Positions 1-10,733 of a stretch of 64,000 nucleotides of DNA are shown here, one piece after another. The translations under genes and the position numbers were made by a program. Location: the NCBI GenBank assembly GCA_965205835.1, contig OZ242182.1, forward strand, positions 1,532,226 through 1,596,225, read 5' to 3'. The notes beneath the pieces are model-generated. The model had not been told where the DNA came from, made no database searches, and saw nothing but the letters and a program-made list of their open reading frames with translations. Numbering within the stretch: position 1 is the stretch's first letter; each line of letters starts with the position of its first letter. This DNA comes from Nitrospinales bacterium. Lineage in GTDB: Bacteria; Nitrospinota; Nitrospinia; Nitrospinales; VA-1.

Positions 1-428
1 TGTTCGATATCGTTGAGAGTGTACTCTTTGCCCCCCACCTTACCTGCCGGGTACTCCCAGACAGATTTAAACAAACTCCCCACATCCTTGATACTCTCTA
101 TGGGATAGTGGTCGGTGATCATTTTTGCCGCTAGAATATTATAAACGTTGATCCAGAAGGCCAACTTAGATTTATCCGACCCCAGACTCTTTAGAGAGTA
201 CGACTCGATCCTGGAAATCAGATCCGAAAAAAGAGGATCTTTTTTCAGGTTGGCATAATCAACCGCGTTGAGAGGAACATCCTCCAACGTTTTAGGAGTT
301 ACATGTTTTTTGACCAGCACATCCCAGTCAGAAAAATCAAAAGCTTCACCATTGGAACAAAAACTAAAAACAATAAATATCCCCAAAAATACAGATTGTA
401 AGTGCCGGACAAAATTTTTATCTCTCAT
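1..428 (-). CDS. DUF547 domain-containing protein (N-terminal part; gene runs off the left window edge)
   Basis: My translation of the minus strand from the ATG at the complement of 426-428 gives MRDKNFVRHLQSVFLGIFIVFSFCSNGEAFDFSDWDVLVKKHV...KLAFWINVYNILAAKMITDHYPIESIKDVG...GGKEYTLNDIE. It has a signal-like N-terminus and the AFWINxYN ... LxDIE pattern of DUF547. There is no stop before position 1, so it is absent from the ORF track. Confidence 0.7.
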   Translation of the reverse strand, partial: MRDKNFVRHLQSVFLGIFIVFSFCSNGEAFDFSDWDVLVKKHVTPKTLEDVPLNAVDYANLKKDPLFSDLISRIESYSLKSLGSDKSKLAFWINVYNILAAKMITDHYPIESIKDVGSLFKSVWEYPAGKVGGKEYTLNDIE

Positions 429-641
429 GAGCCTCAATCCTTTTTCGCAGAATAATCAAATCCCGCAAGTGGGTTTTATTCCCCCCCAGCTTGCCATATT
501 TTTTAAAATAACGTCTTATTCAGGATATCCTGTCTGTTGGCAACAGGGTTGTTCATCCAATAATTTTATTTTAGTATACTCCCGAAGCTATTCCTTACAA
601 ACAGAGAGCCTTGCCTAAGTCGAAAAAAAACCGAAAAGTGC

Positions 642-714
642 GATCCTTCACTGCGTTCAGAATGACAACACAGGCTATTTTGTCGTTCTGAGAAATAAAG
701 TGGCGAAGACGCGA
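642..714. repeat. Small imperfect palindromic intergenic repeat (REP/MITE-like)
   Basis: The left arm is GATCCTTCACTGCGTTCAGAATGAC (642-666) and the right arm is GTCGTTCTGAGAAATAAAGTGGCGAAGACGCGAT (682-714). The cores TCAGAATGAC and GTCGTTCTGA pair at 9 of 10 positions. A unit with the same architecture (GTCATTGCGA ... TCGCGATGAC) lies at 56541-56609. Confidence 0.4.
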
Positions 715-811
715 TATTTTTCCTTAACCTTCATGCCCTATGGGGTACTAAGGTTATGCAAAGGTCTCCCGCAAACAGGCCCGCGAGAATTCCATTCATT
801 CAAACCCGATT

Positions 812-1654
812 ATGGATAAAGAGCTTTTATATATTTCCGATCTGGACGGCACCCTGTTACGGCCCGATAGTTCATTCCCCGATGATTACAAGAGGCGCCT
901 CAACCGTCTAATCGACATGGGAATGCGTTTCACCATCGCCACTGCCCGAAACCATGATTCCGTGCATCCGATTTTGAAGGGGTTGAACCTGAACCTACCG
1001 GTCATTTTATTCAATGGCGTTTACATGGCCGACTTCAACACCGGGCACATTTTAGAACATTCTAGCTCCATTGAAAAAAAAGTCGTTCAAAGCATGCTTG
1101 AACTGGCCTTGCCTCTGGGCATTGACCCCTTCATCTATACACTTGGAGAAAAACACCAACTTTATTATCTGAATGCCACCAATCCCGGTTCCCAAGCCTA
1201 TGTCAAAAGCCTTGAAAGTGACGCAAGACTTTGCCGAGTTAACTGTTTTGACTTTCAAGAGGAGGAAAAAGTTTCCGGGTTTTTGTTGATCGACACGCAT
1301 GATCGGCTCAAAAACGTTTACCAATCACTTAAAGAAAAATATTTTGACCACCTCAATTTATATTTCGCTGAAGACGTTTCCATGAAAGGATATTACTGGT
1401 TGCAGTCCTTTCACCATGAAGCCAGTAAGAGAAATATGGTAGAGGTTCTTGCTCTAAAACTGAGGGTCCCGCTGGAGCACGTCGTCGTATTCGGAGATTA
1501 TTTGAACGATCTCGATATGTTTCACATCGCCGGTCGGGCCATTGCCATGGAAAATGCTCTGCCGGAAGTCAAGGAATCCGCTAATGAAATCATCGGAAGC
1601 AATGCCCAGGGAGCTGTCCTGCAATATCTGGAGTCTATATGGCTTGAAAAATAA
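812..1654 (+). CDS. Cof-type HAD-IIB family hydrolase (sugar-phosphate phosphatase-like)
   Basis: The N-terminus carries HAD motif I, DLDGTLL. The C-terminus carries motif IV, FGDYLNDLDMF. The 280-aa length and the cap region fit the Cof subfamily. Confidence 0.85.
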   Translation: MDKELLYISDLDGTLLRPDSSFPDDYKRRLNRLIDMGMRFTIATARNHDSVHPILKGLNLNLPVILFNGVYMADFNTGHILEHSSSIEKKVVQSMLELALPLGIDPFIYTLGEKHQLYYLNATNPGSQAYVKSLESDARLCRVNCFDFQEEEKVSGFLLIDTHDRLKNVYQSLKEKYFDHLNLYFAEDVSMKGYYWLQSFHHEASKRNMVEVLALKLRVPLEHVVVFGDYLNDLDMFHIAGRAIAMENALPEVKESANEIIGSNAQGAVLQYLESIWLEK

Positions 1655-1724
1655 ACCCATTCAAATTACACTGCTATTGAGAGTAACCATCACCCTGTCA
1701 AAATAACCTTTCTGAAGAGCTATT

Positions 1725-2303
1725 GTGCCTGAACAACCCCAGGAACCTGAAAAGACCATTTTCGAACGAGACAAAACTACCAAGGAACCCCAGCCTGTCG
1801 CGGATAGCCCCAAAGACCCTACCAAGCCCAAACCAAAAATTAAAAAAGCCTTTGTCCCGACGAAGAAAACTTTCACCACTGACAAGCCCATGGAGCACAG
1901 GGTGAGAGCCATTCGTATGACCTCCATCGAGTCTGCAAAAATGATCTGGGAAACACTGGTAGATTATCAGAATGAACTGGCACAACAGGAAATGGACGAT
2001 CCCGACAAGCCTTTTCATGACTGGGAAAAAATGGAAAAAATTTTCACCCGTCTCGCAAAAAAATACAGCGCTTGCGTGAGTAAAGCCTTGGGAGGGTCGT
2101 TAGGCTGGATTTACCAGGGAATGGAAATAGCCCCGCATACCATGAACCAGGAATTAATCGATTGCATCATGAAATCGGAGAAATTCAAGCTTGAAGAACC
2201 CCTCAAAACAAAATTAGGCTTCCATATCGTTATGGTTTGCGAAAGTCAGGTTCACACACCCCGCGAAAAAATTATTATGGAAGAAAAACCGCCCCTGTTT
2301 TGA
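1725..2303 (+). CDS. PpiC/parvulin-type peptidyl-prolyl isomerase domain protein with Pro/Lys-rich N-terminus
   Basis: The C-terminal half reads AKKYSACVSKALGGSLGWIYQGM...EPLKTKLGFHIVMV, which matches the parvulin rotamase pattern (GG-LGW ... G-M ... S-P--T--G-H-I). The start is GTG. The N-terminal 60 aa are low-complexity. Confidence 0.65.
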   Translation: MPEQPQEPEKTIFERDKTTKEPQPVADSPKDPTKPKPKIKKAFVPTKKTFTTDKPMEHRVRAIRMTSIESAKMIWETLVDYQNELAQQEMDDPDKPFHDWEKMEKIFTRLAKKYSACVSKALGGSLGWIYQGMEIAPHTMNQELIDCIMKSEKFKLEEPLKTKLGFHIVMVCESQVHTPREKIIMEEKPPLF

Positions 2304-2316
2304 TCCGGGTTCGGAC

Positions 2317-3819
2317 TCACTCCCCCAGAAAAAATCGGTGGATCATTTGAACAACATATTCCTGCTGAGCTTGATCGACTTCATGGGATATGGGAAGTGC
2401 TAGGGTCTCCCCTGCGGCTTTTTCGGATTCAGGGAAGTCACCACTTTTATAGCCTAAAGATTTGAAACAGTCTTGAAGGTGAAGCGGGATGGGATAATAA
2501 GTTTCACACCCGATCCGCTTTTCATTCAGGAAAGTTCTGAGCTCATCCCTGCGGCTTCCCGCGCGAATGACATACTGGTTATAAACATGACGGGAAAACA
2601 CTTCAGGAGGCAGTTGGACAAACGGGGTCAATGTGAAATCTTTAAATAGCTGATTATAAATTTGCGCGTTTTCCCTCCTTTTTCCAGTCCAGTCCTCCAA
2701 GAAGTTCAGCTTGGCACTTACAACATCAGCCTGCAGAGCATCGAGACGAAAGTTTCCGCCTATCGTTTTATGGTAATACTTCGGTTCCGAACCATGCGCT
2801 CTGGTAATCTTTAACTGTCTGTAAAATTCTTTGGAGTTAGTGACCACCAAGCCACCGTCGCCAAATCCCCCAAGATTTTTTGCGGGGAAAAATGAGAAGC
2901 ACCCCATATCCCCCATCGAACCTGCCGGCCTGCCCTTGTACTCAGAGCCAATCGCCTGCGCGGCATCCTCAATCACCGCCAGACCCATTTCCCTGGCCAG
3001 ATGAAGAACAGGGTCCATATCCGTACATTGCCCATAAAGGTGCACCGGAATAATGGCTTTGGTATTCGGAGTAATGCAACGTTGAATATGTTCCGGTTTG
3101 ATATTGAAAGTAATGTCGTTGATGTCCACAAAAACCGGTTTAGCCCCGGTGCGAATGATAGAACCCGCCGTCGCAAAAAATGTATAAGGGGAGGTGATCA
3201 CCTCATCACCCGGGCCAACCCCCAAAGCCATCAGCGCAACCAGTAACGCATCGGTTCCGGATGAAACTCCAACGGCATATTTGGTCTGGCAATAATCTGC
3301 CATCCTCTCTTCCAGTCGAGACACTTTGGGGCCAAGGATGAAATGTCCTGATCGAATCGTTTCCGCCATCTCATTTTCTACTTCATTTAATATCTGGTGA
3401 TACGAGGCGGTGATATCCAGTAGACGAACTTCCTCAACTGGCTCTGGTGGAGCATCCAATTTTTCCCGCAACTGTGCGGGAGTCAGGGCTTCTACTGTCA
3501 AACCGGAAAAACTTTCAGGGGTAAGGGTGACCACCACATCCAACCCGCTGGCCTCTACCAGACGTGTCGCCAGGGCTTGCGTAAAGGGTTTTTTAGAACC
3601 GAGGGCCAGGTCAATATCGTGAGCCGTGGGAGTCAAGACAGCCAGGTCCCGCAAAATTGATTGAACATTTCGTGCTCCCGCCTCCTGCCAAATGGCAGGA
3701 ATGGAAGTAGACGCTACCCAGCCCCGGCAACGTTTCTGACGGCACAGGCTTAGGACCGCCGAATCCGCAATATTTTTCGATGCCTGAATCAGGCAATCCG
3801 CATCCAAAAGAATCTGCAT
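2317..3819 (-). CDS. DegT/DnrJ/EryC1/StrS-family sugar aminotransferase with an extra ~125-aa N-terminal PIN-like domain
   Basis: Residues ~130-500 are a full PLP sugar aminotransferase (ILGPKVSRLEERMADY, GVSSGTDALLVALMALG, SFFPAKNLGGFGDGG). Residues 1-125 begin MQILLDADCLI and end GLDVVVTLTPESF, which resembles a degenerate PIN fold. Confidence 0.85.
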   Translation of the reverse strand: MQILLDADCLIQASKNIADSAVLSLCRQKRCRGWVASTSIPAIWQEAGARNVQSILRDLAVLTPTAHDIDLALGSKKPFTQALATRLVEASGLDVVVTLTPESFSGLTVEALTPAQLREKLDAPPEPVEEVRLLDITASYHQILNEVENEMAETIRSGHFILGPKVSRLEERMADYCQTKYAVGVSSGTDALLVALMALGVGPGDEVITSPYTFFATAGSIIRTGAKPVFVDINDITFNIKPEHIQRCITPNTKAIIPVHLYGQCTDMDPVLHLAREMGLAVIEDAAQAIGSEYKGRPAGSMGDMGCFSFFPAKNLGGFGDGGLVVTNSKEFYRQLKITRAHGSEPKYYHKTIGGNFRLDALQADVVSAKLNFLEDWTGKRRENAQIYNQLFKDFTLTPFVQLPPEVFSRHVYNQYVIRAGSRRDELRTFLNEKRIGCETYYPIPLHLQDCFKSLGYKSGDFPESEKAAGETLALPISHEVDQAQQEYVVQMIHRFFLGE

Positions 3820-3890
3820 GAATTAGTTTAAACCTTGAAATTTATTGGAAGGAGTTTTTGGGACGGTGTTTCAGGTATCCGCCACCCATT

Positions 3891-4220
3891 CTATAAAAAT
3901 TGAATGTCCTGACCTAGCTTTTCACGAAGGATGATCTCTGCCGGGGTGTAGTATTTTTTATTCACATTGCATTTTTTACACGCGGGCACCAGATTCCCAC
4001 GCTTACTTTTTCCACCGCGGGAAATGGGGACAATATGATCCATCGTTAACTCTTCAGCCGTGAACCGGCCTCCGCAATAATGGCAAACGCCAGCCTGGAT
4101 TTTTTCTTTCCACCACTGTGACTGGCGGAGTTTTCGCGCCTTGGATTTTTCAACTTTGAATTGTTGCTCGTCCATATTGGTTTCAGGAGTCTTTGGCTTT
4201 TTCTGCCCAACCCGGGTCAA
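3891..4220 (-). CDS. Small HNH endonuclease
   Basis: The HNH core reads CHYCGGRFTAEELTMDHIVPISRGGKSKRGNLVPACKKCNVNK. An alternative start at M16 (4175) would remove the 38-nt overlap with the upstream gene. Confidence 0.8.
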   Translation of the reverse strand: MTRVGQKKPKTPETNMDEQQFKVEKSKARKLRQSQWWKEKIQAGVCHYCGGRFTAEELTMDHIVPISRGGKSKRGNLVPACKKCNVNKKYYTPAEIILREKLGQDIQFL

Positions 4221-4671
4221 TCATTAGCAGAGGCTGCCAATCATTCCGCACGGCCCGAACGGTTCCCCTACAGCTCCCCTTGGGATACCAGTGAATATCT
4301 CCCATGTCAAATTCGAAGCCAAGTGCCGCAGAAAGCCGGGTCTTACTGGTCCAAAAACAACTGCCGTAACTGAATTCAAAAATCGGGTCAATATGAAGAA
4401 TGAATGTTTTTCCACGCGACTGGAAGGGTTTGGCGATTTCATAAAGGCTTTGAATTTCAAGCCGGTCCGGTAGGCGCCAATCTTCATGGCCCCCCAGTTT
4501 TTCGCGATTTAGCTTGCTGATATAGTCTTGGGCATCATACCAGCTAATATTATTCCCCGTTTCAATATAAGCATAGCTCTCCTGCCAAACCAAACCTGTG
4601 TGGACATCTTTTATCGTCCTGTTGCCATTTTCAACAAATCGTTGACCCATAGCTCCACCCAGATATAACAT
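4183..4671 (-). CDS. DUF1566 (Lcl C-terminal domain) protein, no signal peptide
   Basis: VKDVHTGLVWQ ... SWYDAQDYISKLNREKLGGHEDWRLPDRLEIQSLY matches the DUF1566 signature (TGLxWQ ... W..A..Y ... G..DWRLP...EL.SL). Confidence 0.75.
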   Translation of the reverse strand: MLYLGGAMGQRFVENGNRTIKDVHTGLVWQESYAYIETGNNISWYDAQDYISKLNREKLGGHEDWRLPDRLEIQSLYEIAKPFQSRGKTFILHIDPIFEFSYGSCFWTSKTRLSAALGFEFDMGDIHWYPKGSCRGTVRAVRNDWQPLLMIDPGWAEKAKDS

Positions 4672-5229
4672 TATAGCAGAGGTTGTTCGAACTTCTTAAA
4701 ACACGCCTCTCCAAGAAAAAACAAACCGCCTTTTTACAACTGGTTTCCCGAAAATCAGCTTCGGACCCAAGTTGTAAATATTTTATTACAAGGGATATTA
4801 TCTCTCTTCAAAATAAAAGTATTAGCTATTCGGCAACCTCGGTAACCGAGACACTCCTTGTGAAAAAATCATTGCGCGGGAAAGTTGAAAAAGCCGATAA
4901 TCTTAAGCCGAAACCTAAGGAGTATCTTGTGAAAATGCGAAAAACCGCGCTCTGGATGCAGAATCTCGCTGACGATCTCCAGCTTTTTTCATAAACCACC
5001 ATTCAGACGAGACCGTTTGGGAAAATAAGCCTTTCGATGGTTTTTAGAGAGATGATCTCAGGCTTGGAAATATTGCCCCATAAAAATGGTTGGAAAATTC
5101 TTGTGAACTCGCTCCCCACTGTAGAAGAAAGCTTCGCATAAGTCGAGAAAACAGAACAGCAAGATTACTCGTTCCAGGCACAATCCCCAAAAAAGAATAC
5201 CACCGCTCCTGCGTCGAATAACTGATTTT

Positions 5230-5589
5230 TTAGCCGTGTTCCACTGTAACGGTAGTATGGATTCCCCCGCGAACATTGAAATCGCCAACAATTTTCATTT
5301 TTTGCGGTCGACACGCCGACACCAGATCATCCAAAATGATATTGGTCACCTTTTCGTGAAACCCGCCTTCATCGCGATACGACACCAGATAGACCTTCAA
5401 CGATTTCAACTCCAAGCACAATTTGTCCGGAACATAACTGATATGCAGGGTGGCAAAGTCCGGTTGCCCGGTTTTGGGGCACAAACAGGTGAACTCCGGA
5501 CATTCCATTTCAATGATATAAGTCCTTCCCGGGAACGGATTCGGAAACGTTTCAATCTGTAAAGCCTCTTTTTTATTGGTGTTTTTCAT
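5230..5589 (-). CDS. queF: NADPH-dependent 7-cyano-7-deazaguanine (preQ0) reductase, type I
   Basis: [51 protein letters not shown] contains the QueF motif and the catalytic Cys. The 119-aa length fits unimodular QueF. Confidence 0.9.
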   Translation of the reverse strand: MKNTNKKEALQIETFPNPFPGRTYIIEMECPEFTCLCPKTGQPDFATLHISYVPDKLCLELKSLKVYLVSYRDEGGFHEKVTNIILDDLVSACRPQKMKIVGDFNVRGGIHTTVTVEHG

Positions 5590-5627
5590 AATATTAGCAG
5601 TTTTTTCACTTTTTTTCGGGGAAGACC

Positions 5628-5657
5628 TTGCTTTTTCATATAGGGGTTTTATATAGT
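5628..5657 (+). promoter_or_regulatory. Putative sigma-70 promoter of groES-groEL
   Basis: TTGCTT (5628-5633), an 18-nt spacer, then TATAGT (5652-5657). It lies immediately upstream of the CIRCE element, which is the usual arrangement. Confidence 0.4.
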
Positions 5658-5658
5658 A

Positions 5659-5685
5659 TCAGCACTCGTACTGATAGAGTGCTGA
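5659..5685 (+). promoter_or_regulatory. CIRCE element (HrcA operator)
   Basis: TCAGCACTC-GTACTGATA-GAGTGCTGA is compared with the consensus TTAGCACTC-N9-GAGTGCTAA. It is a perfect 9-bp inverted repeat with a 9-nt spacer and one symmetric mismatch. It sits 150 nt upstream of groES. Confidence 0.85.
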
Positions 5686-5835
5686 TAGTTCAAATCCTGT
5701 GCGGGTCTTCTCGCATTCTATGAAATAAGATATTTATTTTCAACATATTAGTAGTTTTTTTTTCGGGTAGATTCAGGAAACACTGGCTTTTTTTCAACAT
5801 TCGATTAGAGTTTAACATTTTTTCAAGGAGCCCAT

Positions 5836-6123
5836 ATGAAAATCCAACCATTGCACGACCGTATTCTGGTTCAGCCTATTCTGGAAAAAGAAGTCCGAAA
5901 GAGCGGGATCATCATTCCTGATTCGGCCAAGGAAAAACCAATCGAAGGTCGCGTCAAAGCTGTAGGTAAAGGCAAAGTAGGTGATGATGGCAAGCCAGTC
6001 AAATTGCAAGTTAAGGTCGGCGACAAAGTCCTTTACAGCAAATACGGCGGAACAGAAGTCAAATTTGACGGAGAAGATTTCCTGTTGATGCGTGAGGACG
6101 ATGTTCTTGCGATCGTAGGTTAA
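5836..6123 (+). CDS. groES: Co-chaperonin GroES
   Basis: [14 protein letters not shown]...[36 protein letters not shown] over 95 aa. The gene sits directly upstream of groEL. Confidence 0.97.
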   Translation: MKIQPLHDRILVQPILEKEVRKSGIIIPDSAKEKPIEGRVKAVGKGKVGDDGKPVKLQVKVGDKVLYSKYGGTEVKFDGEDFLLMREDDVLAIVG

Positions 6124-6179
6124 GTTCCCATCTCAATCATTCATCGACAAATAACGACAAAATTATTCACATCTCTTAA

Positions 6180-7877
<1,698 letters not shown>

Positions 7878-7910
7878 TTTACTCCTTTTCGATTGCACGC
7901 AAAAATTAAA

Positions 7911-7943
7911 CCGGCTCCTTTTTATAGAGGGGCCGGTTTTTTT
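7911..7943 (+). terminator. Rho-independent terminator after groEL
   Basis: The stem pairs CCGGCTCC (7911-7918) with GGGGCCGG (7929-7936), giving 8 bp including one G-U pair. The loop is 10 nt and seven T follow (7937-7943). An A-tract lies upstream, so it could act in both directions. Confidence 0.8.
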
Positions 7944-8058
7944 GTGCCCGGTTGGTAGTCCAGAGCTTTAACAATATCATCAAAACCCAGATCGCCCTGA
8001 TGTATTCAAACCAAAAATAAGGGGCTTCTATGGCCGGTTCAATAAAAAAGTCCTCGGA

Positions 8059-9194
8059 ATGATTCTTGCCGGCGGCGAGAGCAGTCAACTCCCGCTCACC
8101 CAACAACGTGCTAAACCCGCTGTCCCCTTTGATGGAAAGTATCGGCTGGTTGATTTCCCTTTAAGCAATTTCATCAATTCCAGAATCTATTCTATTTACG
8201 TTCCGACCCAGTTCAAGTCCCAGTCGCTGACTGGACGTTTACAAGAAAGCTGGCACCTCAGCTCTATTCTGGGTGACCACTTCATTCTCCCTGTCCCCGC
8301 GCAGAAACACACAGGCGATAGCTGGTACTGCTGCACAGCAGACGCCATTTATCAGAACATCAATTTGATTGAAGATGGTGACTTTGACTTCACCCCCGTC
8401 TTCGGCACTGACCATATCTACCGCATGGACTTGCAACAAATGATCGACTTTCATGCGCGAAAGCGGGCCGATGCCACAATCTCCGCCCTGCCCGTACCTC
8501 TTAAGGAGGCGTCCTCGTTCGAGGTGATCCAAGTGCAGGAAAAGCAAAGGGTCACACCGGATTCAAAGAAAAACCCAAACGCCCAAAACCCATCCTAGGA
8601 AGACCCAATGAAGCCTTCGCGTCCATGGGCAACTATCTGTTCAACAAAGATGCTTTGATTGAAATGCTCTATGACGACGCCACGCATTTGGAGTCCTCTC
8701 ACAATTTCGGCAAAGACATCTTGCTCCGAGTTTTAAAAAAATCCAGAGTATTCGCTTACGATTTTCGCAGAAACCGGATACCTGGACCCGAAAAGAAATC
8801 GTTTATTGGCCGAATGTCGGAACCATAAAAAACATTCTGGGAAGCCAGTATGGATTTGAGAAATATTAAACCCCAGTTCAATCTTTATAATAAAAACTGG
8901 CCCATTAAAACAGCAAACCACGGAACACCACCGGCCAAGCTCGTCTTTAATGAGGATGGGTGCCGAGGCCAGGCTGTCAACAGCATCGTTGCCGAAGGGA
9001 ACATTATTAACGGAGGAATTGTGCAAGACTCGGTGATCGGCCGCAAAGTCACCATTGACCGTGGCGCAACAGTCATCAACTCTTTGTTGATGGACCGGGT
9101 AAAAATCGGCAAAAACTGCAAAATCAACATGGCAATCATCGACAAGGATGTTGAGGTTCCCCCCAACACCGCTGTGGGGTATAATCTCGAATAG
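8059..9194 (+). pseudogene. glgC: Glucose-1-phosphate adenylyltransferase (glgC) pseudogene
   Basis: Three pieces (8059-8598 in frame 1; 8625-8828 and 8850-9194 in frame 3) are colinear with ADP-glucose pyrophosphorylase. Shared segments are ILAGG, RAKPAVPF-GKYRLVDFPLSN, PAQ..WY..TADA, ASMGNYLF, SHNFGKDIL, LYNKNWPIKT and a beta-helix C-terminus. A frame change lies near 8556-8560, where ...RVT / GFKEKPKRP...ASMGNYLF continues in frame 3. An in-frame TAA lies at 8826-8828. Core motifs are degraded: GGxGxRL reads GGESSQL, and WYRGTADA reads WYCCTADA. Confidence 0.8.
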
Positions 9195-9282
9195 GATAAA
9201 GGCCGTTTTTTCGTTGATGAGGAATCCAACATCATCGTCACTCCCAAAGGTTTTAAATTTTCCTGACCCTCTACAAAACCCA

Positions 9283-10458
9283 ATGCCTCGAACTGTTTCA
9301 GGAATTGACCATTTACTATCCCAGCCCGAAAAATATTTAAAAGGCAAGACTGTCGGGTTAGTCGTCAACCATACCAGTCTGGTTGGCGATGGCAGGCACT
9401 CCATCTCTCATTTCAAATCCCATTCAGGTTTCACACTGCAAGCCTTGTTCGCTCCCGAACATGGGCTGTATGGCACCGCACAGGACATGGTCCATATCGA
9501 TGATGAGGTGGACCCGCTTTCCAGCCTCAACATAAAGAGCCTGTACGGGAAAAATGAAGCGTCTCTGACTCCTGATCCAATGCTGTTAAAGGGTATTGAT
9601 AATCTGGTTTTCGATATTCAGGATGTCGGTGCACGCTACTACACATTCATTTATACAATGGCCAACTGCATGACCGTCTGCCGACAGGCCGGGGTCCGGA
9701 TGGTGATTTGCGACCGACCCAACCCCATAAACGGGACATCGGTGGAAGGCAATCTGGTAAGAGAACCTTGGCAGTCCTTTGTCGGACAATACGCCCTGCC
9801 CAACCGCCACGGAATGACGGTGGGTGAACTCGCCAGGATGTTCAATGATGATATCCATTGCGACCTGGAAGTCGTACCAATGACCGGCTGGAGCCGGGAG
9901 ATGTGGTATGACCAAACAGGCATGATCTGGACACCACCATCGCCCAATATGCCGACATTGGCAACCGCCATCGTCTACCCAGGAATGTGCATGATCGAAG
10001 GAACCCGGCTTTCAGAAGGACGCGGCACCACCCTGCCCTTCGAACAAATCGGTGCCCCTTTCATCGACCCTAATAAACTAGTCGCACGGCTTGAAAAAGA
10101 TATTCTTCCCGGTGTATTTTTCTGTCCGCAATATTTCAAACCCATGTTTCAGAAACACGCTGGAGAAATTTGCGCCGGACTCCAGCTTCATATCACCGAC
10201 CGGGAGAGGTTCAAGCCCCTGCGCACCACCTTGGCATTGCTTCGCGCTATTGCCGAAATGTACCCCGAGGAGTTGCAATGGAGAACCGAACCCTACGAAT
10301 TTGTCAGCGATCGGCTAGCTATCGACCTCTTGTACGGTAACGAAAGTTTACGGGAAATCCTTTTCAAACCCGGCTTTTCTCTGGAAGAATTGGAAAACTC
10401 CTGGCGGAAAGAATTGGAACCCTTTTCACAGCTCAGGCAGGAATACCTGGTTTACTAG
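9283..10458 (+). CDS. DUF1343 family protein (NamZ-like exo-beta-N-acetylmuramidase family)
   Basis: GKTVGLVVNHTS ... LFAPEHGLYG ... VFDIQDVGARYYTFIYTM ... VICDRPNPING ... RHGMTVGELARMFN. The ORF track starts at 9148, inside the glgC remnant. I prefer the ATG at 9283 (MPRTVSGIDHLL), and 9217 is also possible. Confidence 0.8.
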   Translation: MPRTVSGIDHLLSQPEKYLKGKTVGLVVNHTSLVGDGRHSISHFKSHSGFTLQALFAPEHGLYGTAQDMVHIDDEVDPLSSLNIKSLYGKNEASLTPDPMLLKGIDNLVFDIQDVGARYYTFIYTMANCMTVCRQAGVRMVICDRPNPINGTSVEGNLVREPWQSFVGQYALPNRHGMTVGELARMFNDDIHCDLEVVPMTGWSREMWYDQTGMIWTPPSPNMPTLATAIVYPGMCMIEGTRLSEGRGTTLPFEQIGAPFIDPNKLVARLEKDILPGVFFCPQYFKPMFQKHAGEICAGLQLHITDRERFKPLRTTLALLRAIAEMYPEELQWRTEPYEFVSDRLAIDLLYGNESLREILFKPGFSLEELENSWRKELEPFSQLRQEYLVY

Positions 10459-10677
10459 TCCGAACGAAGCATTTTTCAAAGCGACATCGATAAGCCAAAT
10501 TAAAAAAATGTCCCCAAAACTGAGGTATAAGGTGAGATAATGCGGCGATTTTATGACTGGAAAGTAATTAATATGGTTAAGGAAGCATCGCCCATCCCAG
10601 ACATAAGGACTTGCTTTTAAAGGAGTAAGATAAAAGCTTCTGCGTTCTTTAGTGTTTTCTTAGTTTCCCCCCAGCTA

Positions 10678-10706
10678 TTGACAAACCCTGTGTGGGCCAT
10701 TATATT
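10678..10706 (+). promoter_or_regulatory. Putative sigma-70 promoter of yqeY-dnaG-rpoD
   Basis: TTGACA (10678-10683), a 17-nt spacer, then TATATT (10701-10706). It lies 28 nt upstream of the yqeY ATG. Confidence 0.5.
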
Positions 10707-10733
10707 TCCTATGCTGTTTAACGAAATGAATTC

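Noticed and set aside
268-618. A 116-aa plus-strand ORF at the window start
   Set aside because: It is antisense to the well-supported DUF547 gene (1-428), then runs through intergenic DNA. Its composition is low-complexity and I recognise no motif.
4683-5291. ORFs at 4683-4994 (+, 103 aa) and 5058-5291 (-, 77 aa) in the 560-nt gap upstream of the DUF1566 gene
   Set aside because: They have no motifs, a non-ATG or weak start context, and odd composition. I treated the region as non-coding, and its function is unknown.
5590-5660. Possible preQ1 riboswitch upstream of queF (A-rich tract GTGAAAAAACTGCTAAT on the minus strand)
   Set aside because: I could not fold the required P1 stem-loop or pseudoknot. 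Only the A-rich tail resembles preQ1-I. It would need an Infernal scan to revive.
8733-9404. A 223-aa minus-strand ORF
   Set aside because: It is a shadow ORF antisense to the glgC remnant and the start of the DUF1343 gene. It carries no recognisable domain.
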